From contig DJYI01000018.1 in the NCBI GenBank assembly GCA_002448475.1, positions 7,519 to 58,897 on the forward strand: a DNA stretch of 51,379 nt, read 5' to 3'. Below the pieces are notes generated by a model. That model saw nothing but the letters and a program-made list of their open reading frames with translations. It searched no databases and was not told the origin of the DNA. Numbering within the stretch: the first letter of the stretch is position 1; every line of letters starts with the position of its first letter. A program made the position numbers and the translations under genes. The stretch comes from Verrucomicrobia bacterium UBA6982 (GTDB taxonomy: Bacteria > Verrucomicrobiota > Kiritimatiellia > RFP12 > UBA3636). Below are positions 1 to 7,405 of this stretch, piece by piece.

Positions 1-1262
1 TCCCCCCCGCCTGCAGGACGAGCCGCGATCTTGCAGTCTGCAGGACGAGCCGCGATCTCCCCGTCCGCTGGACGAGCCGCGATCTTGTAGTCTGCAGGAC
101 GAGCCGCGCTTTGGTACATTTGTTCGTCCTGGTGCGAGGGCGAGCGCGCAGCGCCGCACTCGCACACCACCGCCGTACCGCGCCGACGCAGCTCGTTGAA
201 GGCCGTGAAGGCGTAGTAGGCCTTGCGCGGCCTGTAGGTGGACGGGTCGAAGAGCGGGGAGTAGTTGCCGATGCCGCAGCGCGCGTCGTAGATGCACGCC
301 AGGTCGCACGGGCCGTTCTGGAGCGCGATGAGTTCGGCGGCCACGCCCGCGGCCTGGAGGGCCGTGCCGAGGTTGTCGTGCGAAACGTAGGGAAGCCATT
401 CGTTGAAGTGGCGCTCGCACCGGTCGGCGGTGAAGCCGTATTCGTTCAGGTGCTCGTCGGCGAAGCGCACCTGGCGCATCGCCTCCGTCGGCGGCGAGTA
501 GGAGTGGAAGGAGAAGAAGTCGAGCGGCCAGCCGTTGTCGCGCGCCGCCGCGAGGAACTTGTGCGAGCACTCGACGAAGTATTCCATGCGCGGCGAGGAG
601 TTGGCGGCCGGGATGTGGTCGGAGCCGACGCCGGCGTAGAACCCACAGTGGCCGTATCCGCCGATCTTGAGATGCGGGAAGCGCGCCTTGAGGTGCGTCG
701 CCGCGACGCCGTAGAGGCGCATGTATTCGGAGAACGGCGCCCCGAACATGGGGTTCTTCTCCACGTCGGGATGGTTCTCCGGCTCGTTCCAGATCTCCCA
801 GTGGCGGATTCCCGCCTCCATGCCGCCGGCCCAGCCCTCGTTGTAGTGCGCCACGACGCGCTCGCAGACGCGCGCCCACTTGGCGAAGTCCGCCGGCGGC
901 CGCGTGTTCACGCGCGGGTAGCCGCGCTCGACGAAGTTCTCGATCGTCACGCCCAGCCGGAAATACGGCTCGACGCCATTTGCCAGAAGCGCCTTTATCA
1001 GCGCGTCGGTGTAGGCGAAGCGGTAGCTGGCGGGATCCGTTTCGTCGGCGCCGAAGTCGGGGAAGAGATTGGGGATGTCGGCGTAGAGGCCGCCGCCGAG
1101 CCAGCCGCCGACGTCGTGAAGGCGCGAAAACGGGATGCCGGCCTCCTTGAGGTAGTGGAACAGAGGCCAGTCATTGAGCGGGCCGACCATTGGCGGCTGG
1201 CCCACGCCATTCACCGGCTTGACGGGGCCGATGGCCCTGTCGGGGAAAACCGTTATCTTCAT
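1..1262 (-). CDS. GH39-like glycoside hydrolase (beta-xylosidase-like), 3' end runs off the window
   Basis: Manual translation from ATG 1262 (ATGA overlap with the upstream stop): MKITVFPDRAIGPVKPVNGVGQPP...GIPFSRLHD...YFRLGVTIE...WEIWNEPE, a clan GH-A acid/base NEP motif. Missing from the ORF track because it has no stop in the window. Confidence 0.8.
   Translation of the reverse strand, partial: MKITVFPDRAIGPVKPVNGVGQPPMVGPLNDWPLFHYLKEAGIPFSRLHDVGGWLGGGLYADIPNLFPDFGADETDPASYRFAYTDALIKALLANGVEPYFRLGVTIENFVERGYPRVNTRPPADFAKWARVCERVVAHYNEGWAGGMEAGIRHWEIWNEPENHPDVEKNPMFGAPFSEYMRLYGVAATHLKARFPHLKIGGYGHCGFYAGVGSDHIPAANSSPRMEYFVECSHKFLAAARDNGWPLDFFSFHSYSPPTEAMRQVRFADEHLNEYGFTADRCERHFNEWLPYVSHDNLGTALQAAGVAAELIALQNGPCDLACIYDARCGIGNYSPLFDPSTYRPRKAYYAFTAFNELRRRGTAVVCECGAARSPSHQDEQMYQSAARPADYKIAARPADGEIAARPADCKIAARPAGGG
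11..118. repeat. 27-bp in-frame tandem repeat (about 4 copies) within the GH39-like gene
   Basis: CTGCAGGACGAGCCGCGATCT(N6) recurs at 11, 38, 65 and 92. Translates on the minus strand as SAARPADYK-IAARPADGE-IAARPADCK-IAARPAG. Confidence 0.9.
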
Positions 1263-3217
1263 TTCGAAAGTCTGTAGAAGGCGGGCTCGTTCGGCGCAAG
1301 CGAAATCCGCAGCGTCCGCGCGCCCGTCTGCTCCGCCGGAGGGCCGAACGCGGCCTCGATTCTGGCGAAATTCTCGTCGAGAGTCAATTCCGCTTCCGAC
1401 GGCGTGTCCTGCGCATTGACCGCGAGAAGCCAGACGGCGCCGTCCTTGCGCCAGAGGCGCAGGCCCCACTGCTCCGGCGCGCCGGTCGCGGTCGGCGGCT
1501 CTTCGACGGACAGCAGCACGGGAATGAAGCGCCGCACCTCCTCGGCTACGGCGCAGGTGTCGGCCCACGCGCTGTCGAAGGAGAAGGGCGTTCCGTCCTT
1601 GCGCCTGGGCATCTGGATTGTCGAAAACCCGTAGAAGACGAGACCGTTCGCTCCGGCGGCGATGAACTGCCACGCCATGGAGCGCATTTCCTCGACCGTG
1701 GGCATGCGGCAGGGCGGCGCGCCGGGCTTGTCCTCCCGGAACAGCCCCCAGTCGAAGCTCTGCGGCACGTGCCACATCGGTCGGAGGCCGAGCATGGCAT
1801 CGCCCGCCCGCCGCGCGCCGACCGTCACATCTGAAAGCGGGGATGCCGGCACGGGGTAGATGTCCGCGCCCAGGATGTCGAACGTCGGCGCCATGGCGCG
1901 CATCATGTCGTATTGGTAGAGCACCGCCCACGTGGGGTGGTCGGGATCGATGCGCTCCAGCAGCGTCTGGCGCGTCCGGAGCGCGTCAAAGCGCTCGATG
2001 GTGCTTTCGTCGTTCACATACCACGCAAGCAGCGCAGGGTGCGACCGGAAGGCGGCCACGGTGGCTTCGACATAGGCGCTCGCGGTCGCCTCGTCCGTGA
2101 CGGTGGACGGCGACCGCTCCGGCATTCCGGGGTGGATGTCCTTCACGGAGTAGATGACCTTGATGCCGTTGGCGTGGAACCAGTCCATTTCAACGGCGTC
2201 GAGCGGCAGGTAGGAGGCAATGGTGTTGAAGGGGCCCTTCACGTAGTCTTCGAGGCGCATCCGCACGGACGAATACATGCCGAGCGGGAAGAAGGGTTCG
2301 CCATCGACGATCGTGCGGCGGTGCTCATCGATCCACACGCGCCGCTTCGGCATCTCCGCCGGACGGTGGAACGCGAGCGAGCTCGTCCCGAGGCTCGTGC
2401 CGTCCGGCGCGAAAAGCGTGAAGTCCACTTTGCTTTCGCCCTGCTTGAGCTGCGCTGCGTCGAGCGTGAGGAAGACGCGATCGCGCGCGGTCGGTGCGAC
2501 GGGCGCCTCCCTGCGCGCGCCGTCGGCGCCGACGTAGGAGAAGACGCCCGTCGTCTCCTCCGGCGAATACCGCTCCGGCACCGCGAGCGCTGCGCCGAAG
2601 GTGATCTTCCCGGAGGCCGCCGTGTTGCGGTAGGCCGACGAAAACAGCATGCCGACGGCGGGATCCTCGTATGGCGCGACATGGATGTCGTCGAAGCACG
2701 CCCTGCCGAGCGCCTGCGGCGTGCAGTAGGCGAGGAGAATGCACTTCACGGTCGTCGGGGGGATTGGCCGCGTGACGAAATCGATCCGCCGCCAGTCCGT
2801 CGTTCCCTCCGTTCCGGGCGAATACCATTCCGCGACGCTCCTGCCGTCGGCGTCACGGCACATGACCGCGAGCTGCGCCCCCTTGTGCCTGCCGGGTTCC
2901 AGACCCTCGGCGCGGACCCAGCCAGAGACGCGATAGACGACGCCGGTCCGGAACGGAATCTCGCACGACGGGTAGGCGTAGGGGAGCGCAGGGTCGGCGT
3001 TCTCGTAAACCAAGGCCGACGAGCCGTTCCTTCCCTCGCCGCGCACGGCGGAATACGCGGGGGGGATTTTCCACCCCGCGCCCCCGTCCTCGAAGGTGAA
3101 GACCTCGGCGGACAAGGACACAACACTTTTGCCGCAAAGAACGCAAAGAGCGCAAAGTCGCAGATTCGCTTTCAATGCAGAGGCGCAGAGCCGCAGAGTG
3201 TTTTCGACAGAAGCCAT
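1259..3217 (-). CDS. Secreted protein: N-terminal CBM-like jelly-roll domain plus putative clan GH-A TIM-barrel glycoside hydrolase
   Basis: YRVSGWVRAEGL...GTTDWRR CBM4/9-like segment; HPALLAWYVNDE and DILGADIYP motifs. Start placed at ATG 3217 (uncertain). Confidence 0.6.
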   Translation of the reverse strand: MASVENTLRLCASALKANLRLCALCVLCGKSVVSLSAEVFTFEDGGAGWKIPPAYSAVRGEGRNGSSALVYENADPALPYAYPSCEIPFRTGVVYRVSGWVRAEGLEPGRHKGAQLAVMCRDADGRSVAEWYSPGTEGTTDWRRIDFVTRPIPPTTVKCILLAYCTPQALGRACFDDIHVAPYEDPAVGMLFSSAYRNTAASGKITFGAALAVPERYSPEETTGVFSYVGADGARREAPVAPTARDRVFLTLDAAQLKQGESKVDFTLFAPDGTSLGTSSLAFHRPAEMPKRRVWIDEHRRTIVDGEPFFPLGMYSSVRMRLEDYVKGPFNTIASYLPLDAVEMDWFHANGIKVIYSVKDIHPGMPERSPSTVTDEATASAYVEATVAAFRSHPALLAWYVNDESTIERFDALRTRQTLLERIDPDHPTWAVLYQYDMMRAMAPTFDILGADIYPVPASPLSDVTVGARRAGDAMLGLRPMWHVPQSFDWGLFREDKPGAPPCRMPTVEEMRSMAWQFIAAGANGLVFYGFSTIQMPRRKDGTPFSFDSAWADTCAVAEEVRRFIPVLLSVEEPPTATGAPEQWGLRLWRKDGAVWLLAVNAQDTPSEAELTLDENFARIEAAFGPPAEQTGARTLRISLAPNEPAFYRLSK

Positions 3218-3345
3218 GAGTTTTTTTCTAGCCACAAAGAACACAAAGAACACAAAGATTTACTAACAATCGTCCACAAAATCTGAAAATCCTGTCAATC
3301 ATGTGTCTGAAACATTCTTTGTGGACTTTGTGCTCTTTGTGGCTA
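3131..3345. repeat. Cluster of 8-9-bp unit repeats including a 30-bp inverted pair
   Basis: GCCGCAAAGAACGCAAAGAGCGCAAAG (3131-3157), TGCAGAGGCGCAGAGCCGCAGAG (3176-3198), and TAGCCACAAAGAACACAAAGAACACAAAGA (3229-3258) inverted at 3316-3345 (27/30 match). Confidence 0.9.
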
Positions 3346-3364
3346 AACATCGATCGGCGACAAC

Positions 3365-6076
3365 TCACCGCATGATCAGCACGAACGGCTGAAAGGTGCT
3401 TGTCACCGTCTCTGCGGCGGAGGGTTCGCTTTCGACGGTGGCGCCGCCGATGTCGAAGAGGCCGATTGCCTGGTAGGTGTGCTGGTGGCCTTCTTCCGTG
3501 TGGGTGCCGCCGCGCGCCCATGTCACCCTAAACGTCCCGCCGGAGCCGCCGGAGACGGGTTCGCCGTCCATGAGCCAGCGGTAGCGGCTTGCCCCTGGCG
3601 CGTAGGCAGTGAGCGAGACCGTGCCCTCAGCCGAGACCGTCGCCGCGTGCTGCGGGCTAATGTATGCCTTGAGCTGGCCGCAGTCCTGCCCCCTGCCGCC
3701 GAAGGAGAACGACGGGCCGTTGGAGACGATGTTGCCCGTTACGGTGTCGTAGAGGCCGGAGACTCCGTCTCCTCCGTAGGGGATGAACTCGTGGACGAGG
3801 ACATCCGCCTCGTAGATGCGGACGCTGTAGATGCGGGCCTTGGGGACAAGCGCGTAGGCATTCCCGGAATAGCGTCCCAGAATCGGAAGCGGCTCCGAAG
3901 CCTCGGGCAGCGCCGAGTAGTCATATGAGGAAGATGCCGTACCGCTCCAGTTCGTCGCAGCCCCGGTCGTGAAGCAGACCTCGCCTTTGTACAAGTCCAG
4001 AACTGCCGTGTGGCGGTCGGTGTCTGGGGTATCCGTCGTGTACTTGTTCAGGGGTTTATCGCGCATCGTCCAATGGAGGTTTCCGTCAATGTACAGATAG
4101 GTCTTCAAAGCCGTTTCAACGGTGTCGGATCCGAAGATACGCCACTGTGCGCAACCATTCGTTGTTGTCAGGGCAAAGTCCATTTCCAGACGGGACATCC
4201 CCTTCATCTTGTATCCAGTATTCAACCCCGTTGTCCCGTTCGATTCCAAGTAGGCGTCCTCGACGATGGAGCCGCCAAAGGTGAGCTGATTGCCACCTCC
4301 CGAGTAGTCGCTCCCGGAGACAAACTTACCCGTCAGGCGGTCGCGCAGCCCTGGCATCCCGTTGTCAACATAGGGAATGAAATCATGGACGAGAGAGCCG
4401 TCGTCCCATATCTTGCAGCCGTATATCTTGAGAGGTGCATATTCGCCATTGCCCCATCCGCCGGAAGAAAGTTTTATGGTCCCTGCCTTATCGAAGGTCT
4501 GCGCGGAGAACGAGACTATCTGATTTGTGAAGCCGGAGGTGACAGCAGCGGCCGAAGAACCATTAAAATCGAGCAAATACTTCCTGCGAACGTCCTTTCC
4601 CGATATCGTCTTTGGAAATGCTTCTTTAAAGTCGTCATGCCATGTCCCGTTACTTGTCCACCTAAGCCCATTGTTGTGCGTCTGAGTGAATCCGTATCTG
4701 TAACTAGATCTGCAACTTTCAAAGAGTCCCCAGAACGACTTGGCTGTGAATGCTTCCGCGAAAGCACAGTCAAGTTCAACGGCCGTCTTCTGCGTCATTG
4801 AATATCCGGTATTGATGTAGAGCTTGCCGCCGTCGGCATTGGCTGCCGTGGAGACGTAGGCGTCGTCGGCGAAGGTCGGCACGTCGCCGCCCGCCGTGAA
4901 TGCGGAGGCGTTCTCTCCGATGATGAAGCCGCCGTTCACGAGATCCTTGAAGCACGCCACGCCTTCCTTGAGGCAGGGAACGAAATTATGCACGGGAATC
5001 CCGTTTTCAAATATCCTGACACCGTAGATACGGGACTTTGTCTGTTGGGCGAAGGTCGATGCGTATGCATTGGCGAACCGTCCGAAGAGCGAAAGCGGCA
5101 AGACCGCCTCCGCGTTGGAAAAGTCACGGTCGAACGACGGGTTTCCTCCCACAAGGCTGTTTGTCGTGCTGTCAGTGATAAAGAAGGCCTTGTCTTCAAG
5201 GAGATCTACGATGGCCGTGTGGCGGTCGGTGTCGACGCCCAGCTTATACTTTATGGACTCATTGGCGTCGCTGGTTTTCGCCCGGATCGCAAAGAACTTG
5301 TTTTGGTTGTTTGCGTTGTAAGTCAGATACAGGGTAATCGCCAGGTTGGGTTCAATTGAGGCAGTGTCGGTTCCAAGCACTTTGCACTGGGTCCACTCAT
5401 TTGGATCGTCGACATTTGGCATTGAAAAATCGACCTCGACCCGCGATGTCCCCTTCATGCGGTAGCCGGTGGAGATGCCGCTGGTGCCGTCCGACTCGAT
5501 GTAGGGGGCGTCGATGCGGCGAAGACGGAGCTTGGTGACCGGGAAGCCCGCGATGTCGGCGTCTTTGTCATACGAATGGGCTATCTTTGAGGAGTCATTC
5601 CTGAGGTTGCGGATGTCAGGGTAGTCAACGAGGTTCACGCCTTCCTGCGATATGGTGACGCATGGGATGCGGGCGTAGATGTCTGTTGTCCCGTCGGGCT
5701 GCGCCAGCTGAACGCGATAGGAGCGGGTGCGCGAGCCGTCCCAGTTATTGAAGACCGAGAGCTGATGCACGTATGAGCCGGAGGGGAGACCGCTAATGGT
5801 CGTGCTCGACGTCTCATAGAGGCGGTTAGAGACGCAGACGAAATCGACTTGATCCGTGCCGTTGAAGGCGGTGATGCCGGAAAGCAATATGGTGTCCTTC
5901 AGCGTCCCCTGGACATCGAGCTTGACGTATGCGGTAGAGTTCAGCGAGACGGAGACCTCGCTCACGTTGTCTGCGCATGCGGCGGGCGCGCCGCACAGGA
6001 CGGCACCGGCGGCGATGGCAGCTGCTGCGGCCGACGCTGCGGTGTTCGAATGGATTCCGAAACGTGGTATGTTCAT
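3365..6076 (-). CDS. Large secreted protein with three homologous beta-sandwich (ConA/LamG-like) repeats, an Ig-like C-terminal domain and a FQPFVLIMR tail
   Basis: Ala-rich signal peptide; three repeats of the type YxES.GT.G..TGY.M...RIY...I.E....VH.FIP......GL.D.VTG. The fold assignment is inference. Confidence 0.65.
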   Translation of the reverse strand: MNIPRFGIHSNTAASAAAAAIAAGAVLCGAPAACADNVSEVSVSLNSTAYVKLDVQGTLKDTILLSGITAFNGTDQVDFVCVSNRLYETSSTTISGLPSGSYVHQLSVFNNWDGSRTRSYRVQLAQPDGTTDIYARIPCVTISQEGVNLVDYPDIRNLRNDSSKIAHSYDKDADIAGFPVTKLRLRRIDAPYIESDGTSGISTGYRMKGTSRVEVDFSMPNVDDPNEWTQCKVLGTDTASIEPNLAITLYLTYNANNQNKFFAIRAKTSDANESIKYKLGVDTDRHTAIVDLLEDKAFFITDSTTNSLVGGNPSFDRDFSNAEAVLPLSLFGRFANAYASTFAQQTKSRIYGVRIFENGIPVHNFVPCLKEGVACFKDLVNGGFIIGENASAFTAGGDVPTFADDAYVSTAANADGGKLYINTGYSMTQKTAVELDCAFAEAFTAKSFWGLFESCRSSYRYGFTQTHNNGLRWTSNGTWHDDFKEAFPKTISGKDVRRKYLLDFNGSSAAAVTSGFTNQIVSFSAQTFDKAGTIKLSSGGWGNGEYAPLKIYGCKIWDDGSLVHDFIPYVDNGMPGLRDRLTGKFVSGSDYSGGGNQLTFGGSIVEDAYLESNGTTGLNTGYKMKGMSRLEMDFALTTTNGCAQWRIFGSDTVETALKTYLYIDGNLHWTMRDKPLNKYTTDTPDTDRHTAVLDLYKGEVCFTTGAATNWSGTASSSYDYSALPEASEPLPILGRYSGNAYALVPKARIYSVRIYEADVLVHEFIPYGGDGVSGLYDTVTGNIVSNGPSFSFGGRGQDCGQLKAYISPQHAATVSAEGTVSLTAYAPGASRYRWLMDGEPVSGGSGGTFRVTWARGGTHTEEGHQHTYQAIGLFDIGGATVESEPSAAETVTSTFQPFVLIMR

Positions 6077-6139
6077 GATGTTTTTTCCTGTGATTGATCG
6101 CTGCGGTCATGAACGGGACGGAACTCCCGTTCGGGGGTC

Positions 6140-6167
6140 ATAATACCATGTTGGCAATGTGTGTCAA
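6140..6167 (-). promoter_or_regulatory. sigma70-type promoter for the 903-aa protein
   Basis: TTGACA (6167-6162), 16-bp spacer, TATTAT (6145-6140) preceded by TGn. Adjacent GTGCAAAAT direct repeat at 6168-6185 is a possible operator. Leader hairpin GAACGGGA/TCCCGTTC near 6111-6132. Confidence 0.65.
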
Positions 6168-6235
6168 GTGCAAAATGTGCAAAATAAAAAAACGACTTTG
6201 GAAAGGTGGCGACAGCTGCGGATTTTCCGCTTCGG

Positions 6236-7366
6236 TCAGCGGAAGGAATCGCCGGGAATGTAGCGCACGACGTCCATGACGGGGGGCGCCGCGGCGCCGG
6301 CGATCCGGGCCAGAATCGCGCCTGCGGCGGCCCGGCCCGTGGCGGCTGGATCGAACTCGAAGCGCGAGAGCGAGCGCGGATAGACGGGAGCGAAACCCTT
6401 GTTGGCGACCGTAACGGCGAATACGTCGCGTGGAATGGAGACTCCCATTTCGGAGAGCCCGGCAAGGCCGCCCACGGCCAGGAAGTCGTCCGTCCAGAAC
6501 ACCAGCTGCGGCCAATCCGCGCGAGGACGTGAAAACCGCTCCTGCATCATTTTCATGCCCATGCGCTCCAGGCGTTCGAGCGACCCAAGCCCGCGGTCGC
6601 AGCGCACCGCGCACTGTTCGACGGCCATTCCCGCCCCGCAGATCGCCTCGCAAAGCGGACCGAGAATCTGCCTGTCGGCGATTCCGGCGACGAAGACGCG
6701 CCTGACGTCCGCCGCACGGCACTGCGCAAGGAACGGCGAAAGGTCGCCGAGCGGGGCGGCGGTGGCGTCCGCGCTCGGATCGCTCTGCTTCGTCGTGAAC
6801 GGAACGCCCGACCGTTCGAGCAGACGCATGACATGTGGCGGGCAGAAGAGCGAAAACGCGAAGTCGTTGTTGCGCCGCAGCGCCATTTCGAGCAGGGAGC
6901 AGTCCAGAACGCCGTTGGAATGCCTTGGAAGCGCCACGACGTCGAAAAGGTATCCCCTGGAGTTGAAGATCCGGCGCATTTCCCCCAGAAGCGTGACGGC
7001 GTGGTAGCCGCCCTCGCGGTCGGCCGGCATCACCGCGAGAATCCTCCCCTTCCACGCCGGTTCGCCTTTCCCGACGACGATGCAGCCGATTCGCCGGCGC
7101 GGCTGCAGAAGTCCCTCCGAGGCAAGGGCCGTGATTGCCTCGCGCGGGATGCGCACGCTGGTTCCCAGCAGACGGGCGAACTCGTGGATCGTCGGCAGCA
7201 CCTCGCCGTCGCGGTAGAATCCGGAGACGATCGCCGCGCGAAGCCCGTCCGCCATTTGAACGGACAGCGGCACCGCCATCTTGCGGTCAAGCGAGAAGGG
7301 GATCCGATTTCCCGCGCGCTTGCCGATTCCAGTTGCGGAGATGGACTTCTTGTCGGCAACGGTCAT
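6236..7366 (-). CDS. GntR-family HTH regulator with LacI-type periplasmic-binding-fold C-terminal domain
   Basis: PLSVQMADGLRAAIVSG...GEVLPTIHEFARLLGTS...LASEGLL GntR HTH; C-terminal DDFLAVG...GVSIPRDV. Start 7366 fits the promoter just upstream. Confidence 0.85.
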   Translation of the reverse strand: MTVADKKSISATGIGKRAGNRIPFSLDRKMAVPLSVQMADGLRAAIVSGFYRDGEVLPTIHEFARLLGTSVRIPREAITALASEGLLQPRRRIGCIVVGKGEPAWKGRILAVMPADREGGYHAVTLLGEMRRIFNSRGYLFDVVALPRHSNGVLDCSLLEMALRRNNDFAFSLFCPPHVMRLLERSGVPFTTKQSDPSADATAAPLGDLSPFLAQCRAADVRRVFVAGIADRQILGPLCEAICGAGMAVEQCAVRCDRGLGSLERLERMGMKMMQERFSRPRADWPQLVFWTDDFLAVGGLAGLSEMGVSIPRDVFAVTVANKGFAPVYPRSLSRFEFDPAATGRAAAGAILARIAGAAAPPVMDVVRYIPGDSFR

Positions 7367-7376
7367 GACGCCGGAG

Positions 7377-7405
7377 ATACTACATGCCGGTGGGATTGGT
7401 GTCAA
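7377..7405 (-). promoter_or_regulatory. sigma70 promoter for the GntR gene, overlapping the 3' end of the upstream CDS
   Basis: TTGACA (7405-7400), 17 bp, TAGTAT (7382-7377); ATG 10 nt downstream. Confidence 0.7.

Noticed and set aside
111-1277. 388-aa plus-strand ORF and many other long antisense ORFs (e.g. 7281-8918, 12593-14710, 35903-37432, 47447-49402, 50049-51272)
   Set aside because: Shadow ORFs typical of high-GC DNA, opposite genes with clear family motifs.
3365-6076. Diversity-generating retroelement target/template pair
   Set aside because: Internal repeats are diverged protein domains, not adenine-specific variants, and no reverse transcriptase is in the window.
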